Positions 12,388-25,806 are shown, counted from the first letter of the stretch. The stretch is DNA of 64,000 nt from Cenococcum geophilum (GCA_050273025.1 CP158635.1:8928001-8992000); one strand, 5' to 3'. Notes: a model not told the origin generated them from the sequence alone. Numbers and translations are program-made.

Positions 12388-14632
12388 ATAGCGTTAATTA
12401 GTCGCGTAGAGATTAACGTCACGAATAATGCCAAACTACGCGCTAACGCGCAGAGTATCCTCGCCCTTACGCGTGCCGAGAGGCCTAAAAACATATCTTT
12501 AAATTATAAGCCGAAGTAGAAGGAGTTTAAGGTAGGTAGCTAGATACTTTATAGAGTAGTATACTTATAGCTAACGCGCGTCTTCTTAGGCCTTTTGTAA
12601 GAAGAAGCAGTACTATAATACCAATACCATTATAGAGGAGAAGCTACTTCTTTTCCTCGTTAAGAAGGTTATAGGCTGGCCACTAAAAGCAAAAAGCCGT
12701 AAGGCCAGTGACGATATACCCTAAGACGAGACGCGGCTCTCCTGGCGCTTAGTTTACGGCTATATTACAGCCCTAACGGACCTTTACCAGGCGCAGAAGG
12801 CTATAGGGATAAATAGCCACTAGTCCCCGCGGGAGGATAATATTAGGAAATACCTTAAGATTCTATAACAGAGGGACGCGCAATAGGAAAAGCAGTAGTT
12901 TGCGGATAAGGGTAGGGATACGCTGCTTAACAGATATACGAAGGACGAGTTTAAGAACGTTTACCGCTAGCTATAAGCCCGCGGAGACTCCTCGCCAGAA
13001 TACTACCTTCGCACGCTCATAGATATCCTACTAGGCCACTACATGCTTACCCACGGCGGCGATAGGCGCTCCGCTAAGATCTTAAACTTATTTACCTTTA
13101 AGTTTAAAGGGGAAGGCCCTACCCACTATATGCCCCTAATATTTACTATACGCGTTAGTAAGTAGAACTAATACAGCCGCCTTAAGATTATTAGGGCTCT
13201 ATATAATAAGAAGCCGCTTATCTACATACTTAATAGGCTAGCTTTTTACCTCCTATATCGCTAGGACCTTAACAATAAGCCGTTCCTAGACTTTAGTAAG
13301 CGGTTAGCATAGTACAATATCCGCCTAATTAAGAGCAGCGCTAGGGACTATAAGGCGGCCTTCTTATATAACTTGCAGTAAAAGTAGGTTGCTAAGGCGT
13401 TCTAGTACGTCGGTGTCTTCTTGCAAAAGAAAACCCATATTAGATAAAGCGCTGGCGCTAAAACGGCAGAGCTAAAAGGGGTTAGTAAGGACTAGATTAA
13501 ACACACTAGCAGGTAGAACTAGGAGTAGATAGTTAGCTACTACTTAAACTTACTACCGCGGGAGTTTATACAAATAATGGCTGGCCATACGCCGCAGATA
13601 GGCTGCTTTAAAATTCGTAGGGCAAGCGTCGCCCCCCCTAACGTACTACTATCGACGATCTAGCCAGATCTAGATGTCTAGAAAGGTTAGTTCAGCCCTT
13701 AGGTCGGCTAAATTAACGACTTCGCAGCTATAAGCGCCACGAACCTCTTATTTTACCTCTAGGAGGTCATCCTATAGGACTTAATAGTCCTCCGCAAGGT
13801 GTTCCTAAGCAGCCCTATATAGAACCACCCTATCTTCTAGTATAAGGCCTATCTACCCTTTACATAGAAGGTCGAAACCTACCTATAGCAGAAGGAAGAA
13901 GGCCCTAGCTAGCTATTAATACTCTACTAAGCCGTACCAGCTATTATAGACTGCCTAAAGACTATAAACGCCTAGAACAACTAGAGAGCATATAAGAATA
14001 ACTAAAAAGCACGCGAGCTATAGGCGTTGTTTAACCGTATAGCCGAGTCCTAGTGGGCGCAGTCTTTACAGCTTTAATTACTTACATCTAGTAGCCTTAC
14101 CTTTCAGCTTAAGGTCCCTTCGGCACGGCTACTAACGGCATATCTACTAACGGCACCAGCACCTCTATCTATCGCGGGATTAAGCCAGTATGCGTCAGCC
14201 TAGGCGAGCGCTGTAGCTTCCCCTTTACCAGCGCTGCCGTAGCTACAGCCGCAGCCGTAGCCGTAGCAAGGGCCCGAGTCTAAGCTCAAGCTTAAGCTCC
14301 CGCCTAAGCAGCCGCCCGTATATTATATATGCCGTGTAGTAAAGTCCGTACGGGCCCTTTAGCGCGAGTAGACTAAGGGGCTTAGAGATAATCCTTCCGT
14401 AGTAGCGCTAGATTCTAAATAGGGCAATAGGTAGTAGGCCGGCCGGCAGAACGAGCTCTAATAGTACTCCCTACGGCTTAAGGTTATTAAGGAGATTAAG
14501 TGGGTTGCGTAGGCCTAGAGGGTTAGCGAGGAAGCGGCTATATAGCAGGTTAATCTACAGTAGGAGTAGATACAGTACTCGCTAGATTAGCTTTATAAAC
14601 GGCTTTAAATAGGTAAAAAAGCTATTAAATAG
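12388..14632 (+). pseudogene. Crypton (CryptonF-type) tyrosine recombinase with Ndc10-like domain and C-terminal GCR1_C DNA-binding domain, RIP-inactivated
   Basis: RPKNISLNYKPK*KEFK, then GT-AG intron 12532-12589, then ITEEKLLLFL-like, LLGHYMLTHGGDRRSA, KKTHIR*SAGAKTAELKGV..SR*N*E*IVSYYLNLLPREF (de-RIP H-x-x-R..W..Y catalytic motifs, ~13425-13560). VKSVRAL*RE*TKGLRDNPSVVALDSK*GNR* (GCR1_C) at ~14335-14435. The start ATG reads ATA. Confidence 0.88.
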
Positions 14633-15073
14633 TATATATCTCTAAAATACTAAGGAGTTTTCTATTAAAACCTTTATCTATAGCCCCTTAGGGGCTTATT
14701 TTAGTGTGGTATAAGTTTAGTAGAATACTTATATAATAGCAGCGCCCGACTTAAATTATAAATATCTTTATTAACCCATGGCTAATTTTTACCATTCTAG
14801 TGCGAGTAGAGAGCTCTTAGCTAGCTCTACGTATAGCGCTCGACAGGTATTAAGAGCGTAGTATTACTGGCGATTGTAGATCAACCGTAGATATAGGGTA
14901 ATGTTCAAAGCGGCAGTATATTTAGCTAGCCTAAATAAAAAGGCGGTAATATATATCAGTTATAACTATAGTTACCTTTATAACCCCATTATATACATTA
15001 GGGGTATAATTCACTTATAATATATCTTCTAGTTAATTATACCCTATTTCTTCTCCTAAAAGAGATAAGGACC

Positions 15074-18000
15074 TGTAACCGACTACCGACACTGCGTTAA
15101 GATACAAGATTACCGCTTAAAAGGCTCCAAGATGGCGTTAACGCCACCCAATATAGTGGTTGCAGATCAATATTAGTAGCAGATTACCGTTCCTATTTCA
15201 GCTATCTATTACCCTATCACTTCTACCTTCTTTATATATATATAGAGCCTCTAGAGCTACATTCACAATTAAGTCGTTTATTTAATTCTTCGCACTGTAA
15301 AGCTTACAGTTATAAGCCTGGATCGCACTACCTGCTAACCAATTAATCTACTACCTTATTTAAGAAGTCACTACTTTTACTACCTTTATAGTGTCTTAAG
15401 CTTCTTTACCTATTAAACAAACGGACGATTAACCCCAGTTAACGTATATACCCGACCAATAAACGAACTAATGAATTAAATTAAAAGTTCGAAATGTTAA
15501 AATAAGGTTTTTGCTAAGACGCTAATTGGACCCTGCCTAACCTATTAAATCCTAAAAATAATAACTATAAGCAAATTAAAAGTTAACCTAATCCTTAACC
15601 AGCCTTCTAATTAAACACAGTGGTTCTTTATTATCCAAAATACTGCTAAAACTAACAAGGTATGGGAGCACATTGACCTATCTAAAAAAGGCAAGCGTCC
15701 AAAGCTAGCATAACTAAGTCATCCTATACTAAGGGATATACTACCCACAACTACATCGATAGCAAAGCTAGACCCAAGTCAGCTCACTGCTTATAACTAG
15801 CTCTATACTAAATATAAAGACGATCTTCGCATATATAAGAAGTAAAAACGGGCTATAAACGATATCAGTAACTATATCGTTCACACTACATTAGTAGCCT
15901 ACCTTCTACTTATTAACGACCTTAATACGGTACACGAACGGCTTTAAGCACTCAAGACTACACTAGCCCCTACTACCTTAGGTTAAAAACAAGACGTCCT
16001 AAATCAGTACACGGCTTTAAAAGTCTATAATAAAAAGCAGAGTATTGATAAATGGTTAAATAACTGGCGGAATATCTATAAGCTTGTGGAGTAATTAAAG
16101 CTACCAAATATACAAGGATTTAGGCTACACTATAACTTTATTTAAGCTATTAAATCTATCTCTTCTAGTTTTATAGGAGCACTAGAAGTAGACCTTATTA
16201 AAAAAGAATAGAAGGATAAAGAGGCCCTATCTATCATCGATCTAATTAAAGAATTTAAGGAGCACTACCGCATGTAGCAAGCAGTATCCTCGGCTACCCC
16301 TACTAATAACTCTGCTTTTGCAACCCTAGGCAATTCCAATTTAGATTCTAATAACAATTCTAATTTAGATTTAAAATAGAATAAGGAATGCATATACGGC
16401 TTTAAACATTAATTTAGTAGCTACTACTATATTATTAAGTAGAAGCGCCCTTAAGGATAGAAACCAAACCCAAATATCTAAAAAAAAGTAGAAAAAGCAA
16501 TCTCATCTACGCCTTAGATTAAACGCATTATTAACCTCATCTTAAAAAAAAATAGGAAGTAAAGAAGAATATAGAATCTACAATTAATTTTAATTCCAAA
16601 ACCCTACCTTTTAAAACCCCGACTAGCCATGCTGCTATATTTAGTACTGGTTAAACTCTATTTAAACTCTAGAATACCTGAATACTTAACCCTGGTATAG
16701 ATACCCACGTCTATAACAACTAAAAAGACTTTACCTTTTCCTACCCAGCTATAGAAGACGACTACCTAATTACTAATAGAAATTATGAAAAGATACAGGC
16801 TTATAGAATAGTAACGATTACTATTAATACACCTACTAGGAGCTTAAAAATAAAGCTATCCTATATAGCATTGGTACCTACCATATTTACAAATATTGTA
16901 GCACTATTAAGGGCTATAGATAATAATATCCATTTCGACTTAGGACAAAACTTGCTATACTGTTTAATAACTAGCAAAACAGTATGCTATATAAAACAAC
17001 TAGGGGGCCACTAGGCACTAATGCATAGAGAGCCTACCCTAGATTTGACAACTTAATCGACCTTCTTAATAAGAAGATATTAACCAAGCAGAATGGCCCG
17101 CAAATTAATTAGAGCTACAGCTACAAAATGGCACAAAATACTTGGCCATACAGGACCTAACACTATTAAACAGCTTCCTAAGCACATCAATAGCGCAGAG
17201 CTCGAAGAGCTAATTAATGAACGAGTACCGCTCAAAATCAAATGCGAAGTCTACTTAATATCAAAGCATATACAGCAGATCTCTCGAAGACGAGAATACA
17301 AATTTCTAGCCACTCAACCATTCGAGCGGGTAGCATTTAATATCATTACCCTTAGAGAACCAGGGTATAACGGCGATAGATACGTAATACACTTCTATTG
17401 CACGTATTCTAAATTTAATTTTGTATTTACCGCTAAGAATAAAAATAAAGCTACCGTCCTACCTATCATCCGTAAGACCCACCGTTTAATCAAAATACGA
17501 TTCCACTAAGATGTGATCTTCTTCTGGAGCGATAATAAATAAGCTTTTAGATAAATAGGAGACACCTTGTATATATAGTGCGCAGACAAAGGCATTACTT
17601 TTAAATGCTGAGCCCCGTATACAGAAGAACAAAATAGCGGAGCTAAACAATCTAAATAAACCCTTATGGATTAATCAAGGGCTATACAGCTAGAAGCATC
17701 CTTACCCCCGTCTTTAGGACCAGAGACGTTCCTTACCGCAGGATACGCACTCAATTAAACCCCAAATAAGTAACTAGGATGGAAAACTCCGTACAAAATC
17801 GCCTACGGCAAGCCGCCATCACTTACCCATATGTATATATACGGCTGCAAAACCTATACACTAGATAAACAAATCAAAAGGGGAGATAAACTAGCTCCTC
17901 GTGCATTAATTGGACACCTAGTTGGCTACAATTTAACCAATATCTATTAAATCTGGATTCCGAGTCTCCGCAAGGTCATTTAAACTAAAGACGTCACATT

Positions 18001-20583
18001 TGACGAGACCTCGTTCTATAACCCCAAGGGTTAAGACATTAACTACCTGCTAAGGGAAGTATTAGAAGACACCCTCTAGACAATCAGTCTACTAAAACCT
18101 CTACATGAGGACAAATCTAAGGACAAATCAATCCTATACACAGTCAATCTGGACCCTTAAAGATCTACCTTAGGTATAGATTAAACAACTATATCTAAAT
18201 TAAATAATTTAGCAAAGCTTCGTATAAAGGATACTAAGCAGTTACTAATACCTAGCAGAACGGTATCTCCAGATTTACTAGAATCGAACACCTTACTATA
18301 AGGACTTCAAGACAACATCTTAGATATAATTGAAACAATTTTAACCTAGCTAAGCTCTTTAGAACCATCCAATAGAGCAATTAATATAGCTCTACGAGCT
18401 AACGAAGTCTTGGCCAAACCTTCTACCAACCTTATTCTATTAGAAGGATCAAAACAAATTCAACGTTAAGCGCATGCAGTAGCACTAACCAATCTATCTA
18501 CCCTATTTGGTTACTACGCTGGATTTGCCACAGGATTAGTAAAGGACATCGACTGAACTAGATCCTTATCTCTATATCGGGACAACCTTCCTCCTAAACC
18601 AAAGAATCTTAAAGATCTGAGAAAGCATCCTTTAACTATTGGCTTTTAAAAGGCTATAGAAAAAAAATACAACGACCTAAAACGCCGAGGGACATTTAAG
18701 ACTGTACTAAAAGCAGAAGTAGGTAACGAGTAGATCCTTTTACTAAAATGGGTCTTTAAATATAAGCTTAATAGTGACGGCTACCTACAGAAGCTCAAAG
18801 CTAGACTATACGTCCGCGGAGACCTGTAGATTATAGAGGAAGAGACCTATGCAGCAACCCTAGCTGCTCAAATATTCCGTGCTCTCATGGCTATAGCAGC
18901 CGCATTCAACCTGGAAATTCAACAGTATAACGCTGTAAACGTATTTACAAATGCCAAGCTTAGTAAACCAATCTACTGCTACTGCCCAGAAGGTTTTAAT
19001 TAAAACGGATATGTCCTAAAGCTACTTATAGCGCTATATGGATTAAAAATCTCACCACTACTTTAGTATAAAGAGCTTACTAATACACTGGCTAAATTCG
19101 GATTAGAACTAGTACTAGGCACTAACTACCTATTTACTAATAGACGACTTATTATCTTCTTCTATATAGACAATATAGCCGTCCTATTTGCTAAGAAGGA
19201 CCTTTTAAGACTTAAAGAATTTAAAGCAAAATTGCTGCATTAATACGAAATCCGTGCACTAGGAGACCTACAGTGGTTCCTAGGTATTTAAATCAGTCGA
19301 GATTAAGTAAGTAGGAAGCTCTGGCTTTGCCAAGACTCCTATATTGAAAAGATAGCCAATTAATTCAATATTTAACCACTAGAAAGATTTCCTAAGTTAC
19401 TACTTCCTGCCGAAGAACTAATTCCGTCCGACTAGCAGACGAACCCTTAAAGAACCCTAGCCTACTAGTAACAAGTAGGGTCACTTATACACCTTACCGT
19501 ATTTGGAAGACCTAATATTACTAAGACGTATTCTAAGCTAGCCGAATTTTTTACTAATCCAAATTAATAACACCTTGACGCAGTAAACTAAGCTATTGCT
19601 TACTGTCTTAGAATAAAATCTACAGCTATTAAATACTCTGGCGAAGTATTTAGAGCCTATATCTACTTCAGAAACCCTAAAGGAGAAGACGTTACCTTTT
19701 ACGGAGTATTTAACGCAGTATTTGCGGACTATATAGAAACTAGACGAAGCTCTTAAGGATATCTATTTATCCTATTTAGAGGACTAATTAATTGGAAAGC
19801 AACCCTACAGCAATTTGTTACTCGCTCGACTACTAAAGTAAAGCTTCTCTCCCTATCTACTGCTGCCGTTAAAATTATCTGGTGGCAATAATTCTTTGAA
19901 GTAATTGGCTTCAATTTAAAACGCGAATTTACTATACTCTGCGACAATATGCAGACCGTATGACTCCTAAGACAGAATATACTAAAGCTTGACACTAAGC
20001 TTCGACATATCGACGTCTACTAGCACTAGCTAAGACAGGAAGTTTAAGACAAAAAGATTAACGTCTAATGGGTCCCTATAGACAAGATGCCTACCGACGG
20101 CCTTATTAAGATCTTACCCCGTTAAAAGCACGAGGCATAGATAAAGCAATTAAATTTAGTGGATATTCAACATTAGATTAATTAATTCCATTTATAATAT
20201 CCGCAATATTTATAATATTCGCAATATGCTATTCTTACCCTATCCGTTTACTACTCTTAAATTATATCTAAATTTCCTATTTTGGTATAGCTTCTGCCCT
20301 TATTTTATGTTCTACAGCTTTAACTACACCGTTAAATCTGGGGGGGTGTGTAACCGACTACCAACACTATATTAAGACACAAGATCACCGCTTAGAAGGC
20401 TCCGAGATGGCGTTAACGCCACCCAATATAGTGGTTGCAGATCAATATTGGTGGCAGATTACCGTTCCCATTTCAGCTATCTATTACCCCATCACTTCTA
20501 CCTTCTTCGTATATATATAGAGCCTCTAGAGCTACATTCACAATCAAGTCGTTTATTCAATTCTTCGCACTGTAAAGCTTACA
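15074..20583 (+). mobile_element. Full-length RIP-inactivated Ty1/Copia retrotransposon
   Basis: 235-bp LTRs at 15074-15308 and 20349-20583 (TG..CA). 5-bp TSD GGACC. GTTATAAGCC after the 5' LTR and a G-run PPT before the 3' LTR. Domain order is protease (*ILNPGIDTH), integrase (WHKILGH..C), RT (FYIDNI), RNase H. Confidence 0.95.
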
Positions 20584-22219
20584 GGACCTTTTATAAAGCT
20601 ATTAAAACACCCTTAAAATATCTAGCCTTATTACTTATAAATCTTATCTACTATATATATCCCCTTAACCTCCTCTCCTAAATATCTTATAACCTATTAT
20701 TTTATATATCTTCCGCCTATTTACCTAGGTCTTATCTATTTATAGTATTAAATACCACTACTTTTTAGTCTAGTTAACATGCTCTAGGGCCTATTAAAGG
20801 CGTTTCTCCTTATTAGCTTATTAAAGGGGAGGTTTAGCACGTATAATATATTATTTTAAGCTAGCTTTCCAAAGGGCGTTTTAAATAGCATATTTAGAGA
20901 CTTATTAGTACAATAATAGGCTATTTACTAGCTAAAGATAAGATATAAGCCGACTAGAACGTAAGGAATAGATATAGAGGGTAAGGTTTTAAACTTATTT
21001 ATTTATAAGAGACAAAGGATAGCCAAAATACTTCTTAGGAGTAACACGTTCTATAAAGACAGCATATTAAGCTTAACGCTGTATAATATTTAAAAGCTAT
21101 ATAATCTTTTTATAGGTATAGCCAGCAAGGCGTAAAGTTTAAACTTAAAGGCGTTAATTACGCGTAAGCCGCTTATGCTAAGGTATTAAAGGCGCTATAA
21201 TAAATTATAGAGGATAAAGGTATAAAGACGCGTGTACGCGACTGCGAGGTATAATAAATAGTTAATAAGAGTGCTGAAAGATATTATAGGACTAATTGGT
21301 GGAAAATCCTAGCAAGAATCCCGGCTAATATTTTACGCTAATTTTTATACTAACGAAACTTATGCCTGATACCGTAGTAAGTTTTGGTGTGGCTTAATTT
21401 AGAAGTTTAGACTTAGTATAAATACAACTAATACATACTAATAAATATATAAAGGGGAGGGGTTAAAAAGGAAATTAAAAAAGTAATAAGTATATAGGTT
21501 AGTGCCTACATATGAATACACGTGACCACATGAATGTCACGTGTAGTCATGTGATGATAAGATAAAAGAACTTATGCTACAGCCAACTTTGCACACGTGC
21601 CATATATCGACACTGGAGCTCCGCAGCGCTTCTGGCGTCAAATCGTTATTTTGGTGGATGGAGTGGATTTGCCTTCAGATCCGCTCCACTCCGATCCAAA
21701 TAGATCTCTGCTCCCCGCTACATAGCATCTTGGCAGCGATAGATATAGCGACGCTGGCTCTCGACCACACTGTATCCAAAGGAGAGCTACTGGGGTTCTT
21801 ACGCTCTCGTTGAGTCTTGGGATGACAAATCAAAAGAGTGTGGCGTCTATGGACTTGCCGGGCTTGCTGAGGATATAAGTGAGACTGAAGGGAAGTACAT
21901 GTCTTTCAGATGCTGCGGTTAAGTGCAGGCAACTAATATCATTTTCCATCTCTGCGGACTGTGACTGTCTGCAGGTAATCAGCTTAGGTGGACTAAGGAA
22001 TTCAAGGAGTGCCTTGAATCATTCGAGGGGGCGCGTACAAGAGCATTGTTAGAATCCTGAATCACTGGAGACGTCGAAGTCATCAGGCACATATGCGTAA
22101 CCCCGCCCAATTTTCCTCATGCCCGACGACACATCAACTCTAAAAGCACAAACTTCATATAAGACCGGTTGCACGGCAAGAGCCGCTTAACTACTTGGAC
22201 TACCTTCGATAAGTACACA

Positions 22220-23928
22220 ATGGTATAGGATTTGGGGAAGTTTGTGGAGTGCTTGCTAACGTGCTCGACCAGAATCATCCGTACCCCGATGGGAAACTTC
22301 CTTACACCTGGAAGAGCGTAGGCGATTACTGGCCACGCCGACTCTTACACATTTCCTCCATGACTTCCATCGAAAGAGACGAGTCGAACTTCTACGGGGC
22401 TGTGTGCAAACCCGAATACAGCATCCTAACGTACACTTGGGGCCGCTGGAAGATCAGGGATGCGAAGGGAGGACCGGCTTTGCCTGTCCTTGGGACTTCC
22501 TGGAGGATACCGGCTGTGAAAGAAGAGCATTTCACGGTCAAAGCTTTCCAAAGCGTTGTGCAGAGAATGAGTAGTGACAGTATCGAATGGGCATGGATCG
22601 ACATTGCTTGCATCGATCGAGAATGCCGCCGCTCAGGCGGAGGAGGTTGGCAGGCAAGCTAGCATTTTCAAAAACGCGCGTCGGGCCTTCGTCTGGCTTT
22701 CGCATCTTCAAACGGAAGCTCTCTCGTCTGCAGTACAGTCTATACAAGAACACGGCCTTCAGTTACGGGACTACATTGACAGGTTAGGCCCATATCTATC
22801 ACCCCACGACCTGCTCCATTCGTTGCACAAAGAGTTAAATGTCCTCTTCGATGATCCTTGGTTCTCGTCGTTGTGGACCCTTCAGGAAGTCGTATTGAGA
22901 AATGACGCACTTGTTCTCTCAGCGCAAGCGGAGCCCATTTGGTGGGAATCAAACCAGTACGTGTACCTCACCATGTTCATTAACCACTGCCAGAATATGT
23001 TCAAGGACTTTGCGGAACTCGAGAAGGAACTTAATAGACCCGAAAACACACGGCGGTCTCAGGAGCCAAGGGGTCAAGAGATGAAGGATCTCATCTCTGA
23101 AGTCAAGAAACGGATTCTTCAAGCCGGCTTCTACTATCTCTTCACTGACAACCCGAATGTCCAATACGGCACTGCTCGCTACCGCACGACATCTCGAGAC
23201 GTGGACCGCATCTATGCTATCATGCAGATATATAACCTCCGAGTTGGCAAATCCATTCGTCCGCATGAGAACCCCAGTCTGGACGAGCTCGTGGATGAGT
23301 TTGCGCTAGCTATTAACCAGACATGTCTGATTATGGGACAGCTGTTTGTTCACACAGAGCCTCCACCTCCGGGTAAAAGCTGGCGCATTACGAGAGCCTC
23401 AACTGTCCCGGACACTCTCATGAACTACAAAGAACCAAGGCAGCAGAGTACCGTGACAAAGAATGCATTGGGTAACATCGTTGTCACTTGCCAATGTTGC
23501 CCTTTTCCTAGTCTGCTTGAGTTGGTTCGGGATGCTGAACAAGCGAGTCCGATAAACCTTGAGTTCAGACTCGCTCTGGACGAAACCATTCTTCACATCC
23601 CCTGTTCGGCGAGGCAGTTGCGGGACATAGATTCTCAAACGGCAGGGTTCCCGGATGGCCGCTCCTACCCCATTTTGGAGGTCAAAACCTTTGGGTTCTC
23701 TTATTGGGTGACATCCGGGGGGAATGGGACATGCGGAAAAGAGGATTCGTTCGCAGATATGTTGGCTTGTTGATAAATCGTGGACTTGGAGGATGGAGTC
23801 TTGAAAAAGAGTGGCAAGATATACCGCATTATCGCCTGGGGGTTTGCACCTGGGAGGCCCGTGCAACTTGGCACGAAGAACGGCTAACCACACTTCCGTG
23901 GAAGTGTGTCCAGGTGGAATTATACTAA
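22220..23928 (+). pseudogene. Heterokaryon-incompatibility (HET) domain protein with two apparent frameshifts
   Basis: ATG at 22220, intron 22223-22272. HET motifs PRRLL, YSILTYTWG, WIDIACID, EVGRQASIF, PWFSSLWTLQE. Frame changes at ~22618 and ~23640-23690. C-terminus ..RLGVCTW.. ends at 23928. Confidence 0.8.
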
Positions 23929-24424
23929 GTTGTCGCTTTTTGACCGGATGGGACGCAGAGAGGGAACCCCGGAAGACGCTGAAGAGTGAAGATTGCTTCG
24001 AATATAATTAGGATCGTGATCGACTTGGCTATACTTGAATGAGTCGCGCGACGGAGACATGTGGACAACGCGCTTAAAATACTTCCTTTTAAACCAACAC
24101 GGAAACTTAAGAGCTCTGATTGCGGAGCTTCGGACAAGAATAATTCTCTCCTTCAAGTTCTTCCTTGCTCGGATGATCTTCGTCGTTACCATTCACCTGT
24201 GATACAGAGGCCCCTTACAGTAAATATTGGACAAATCCCACCCTGGTCGGTATGAGGACGCCACATTCTGTCTGTTCTTGACAGCTGACTGAAATTTCAC
24301 TGACCCCGACATATCGAATTTCTCGACTTCGCTCTCGTGGCTCATACCCAGAAGAAAATCAGTCTCAGGGTTTTGCAATGTTCTAGAAATACGCTATACA
24401 GTCAATATTATCCCATGCGCCGTT

Positions 24425-25806
24425 CTCTCCACAGGAGAAAAAGGTGGCCGATTTTGACGCACGGGCTAAAAACACCAAAAGCCTTATTATACTCTCTAAT
24501 ACTTTATTATTTGCCCACCAAGCCTAATACATTCGTGCAGTCTCTTTGTATACCACGTAAACTACTCATTAATCTTCTCCTGATCTGTATCCTCTCCAAA
24601 AACCTTTTTAAACCGCGTTAAGGCAGTCTTTTCAGAGGCATAGTGCCTTAAGTGAAATGTCCTTTTAATTGGATGCGCCATTGTCTCCATAATTAAGAGA
24701 TTAGGAGAGTTCCCTAGGCTTATAATTACAGAGAGACCTTAAGCTTTTATATAGTCCTTAACTACCTTTAAATCGTGCGCCAAGTCCTTGTCCTGCCAGA
24801 GCGTTATACCATTTAAATTACCGCCTAATTCCTTAAGAATCTGTATATACACCTCCCTAGCTATCTTCCCTACCTTATTAGGGACTGTGTATGCAATCGC
24901 GCGGCAATAATTCTTCCTAACAATCACGAAGACAGAGATTATTTTAAGGTAATTTTCCTCTCGTACCTTCTTCTTTACCTCCTTTAACGGCATCTCCTTG
25001 CGATATATATTTATCGGCTTATCCCTATATTCCCTACCTCTCTTTCTCTTTACTCTTTTTATCGTTTAAGGGCCTATACTAAAGTAAAACTTATTATAGA
25101 AGTAAACGTCCTCCTAATTAATCAAATATAGCCTTTCCTAGAGTTATTTGTCTGAAAAATTAACCCGGTTATTAGCTTATTATAGTAGTAACTTCTTCTC
25201 TTTATAGCAGATTGCATTAATAATCCTAGCGTCCTTTTTGTAAGCCTGTTGGAGCGTTTAAGTCTATACTTTGCGTTTCCCCAGTAGCTTAAAATATATA
25301 GTCTTTGGGATATCTACGCCGGCTTCTTCTGCGATATTAAGCTAGGGCGCACCTCGATCTTTAAGAGGGACATCCTTGTCGGATAGATACTCCTTAATTA
25401 CGCGTATATCTAAGCGTACAAAAGCCGCAGGCCTGCCTCGCGGATCTAGGCCATTATCTAGGCGATTATGTAGGGTTCGGATCTCTTTTGAGGCTGTAAT
25501 TCAACTCTGCGATCGGGAGGAGGCACTAGTGAGCTTAGTAAGGAGGGCAGGAGGGGTAGGGATAGAGAGTTCTTACTCTAAAGCTTTGGCAAAGATAATA
25601 TAAGCTCGCTAGGGAGTCTCTAAGACCCTTAAATCAGAGAATAAGGTTAGAGGAGGGGTATAGTGCTTCTTACGCATGCGATACCCTGAATTAAAAGCCA
25701 TTGCGGAGGATTAAAGTGTAAGGAGTGCTTTGTTTACACTGAGAGTAGTATTTTAGTGTTTGTAGACCGTGCGTCAAAATCGGCCACCTTTTTCTCCGGT
25801 GGAGAG
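24425..25806 (-). mobile_element. DD34E IS630/Tc1/mariner-type DNA transposon, RIP-mutated (transposase 25701-24496)
   Basis: ~40-bp TIRs CTCTCCAC.GGAGAAAAAGGTGGCCGATTTTGACGCACGG. WQDKDLAH...NSPNLLIME with 34 residues between D and E. Flanked by GCCGTT on both sides. Confidence 0.88.

Larger units (their letters stand above)
11240..14998. mobile_element. Composite TIR element: pogo/Fot1-type termini enclosing a Crypton gene (MarCry-like)
   Basis: ~44-bp TIRs (ACGTATGTGATGGGGTTATAAAGGTAAC... at 11240; reverse complement at 14955-14998). TA duplication at 11238-39 and 14999-15000. Removing it restores the host Tc1 reading frame. Confidence 0.85.
11129..21418 (-). mobile_element. RIP-degraded Tc1/mariner transposase, bottom layer of nest (fragments 20589-~21418, 15001-15073, 11129-11239)
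   Basis: Joining the fragments after removing the GGACC and TA duplications gives an in-frame *IF*GCFNSFIKGPYLF*EKK*GIIN*KIYYK*IIPLING*I*INP*L*LI*DRALSY. De-RIP reading: WMFWGCF..KGPCLFWEKEWGTIN..YCERIIP...LMQDGAPGH, a Tc1 DDE core. Right boundary approximate. Confidence 0.8.

Noticed and set aside
12388..14632. Starship captain (DUF3435) or host centromeric Ndc10 gene
   Set aside because: The GCR1_C C-terminus, small size, TIR/TA context and heavy RIP fit a multicopy Crypton instead.
17093..17509. 138-aa ORF as a standalone gene
   Set aside because: It is a fragment of the Copia integrase between RIP stops.
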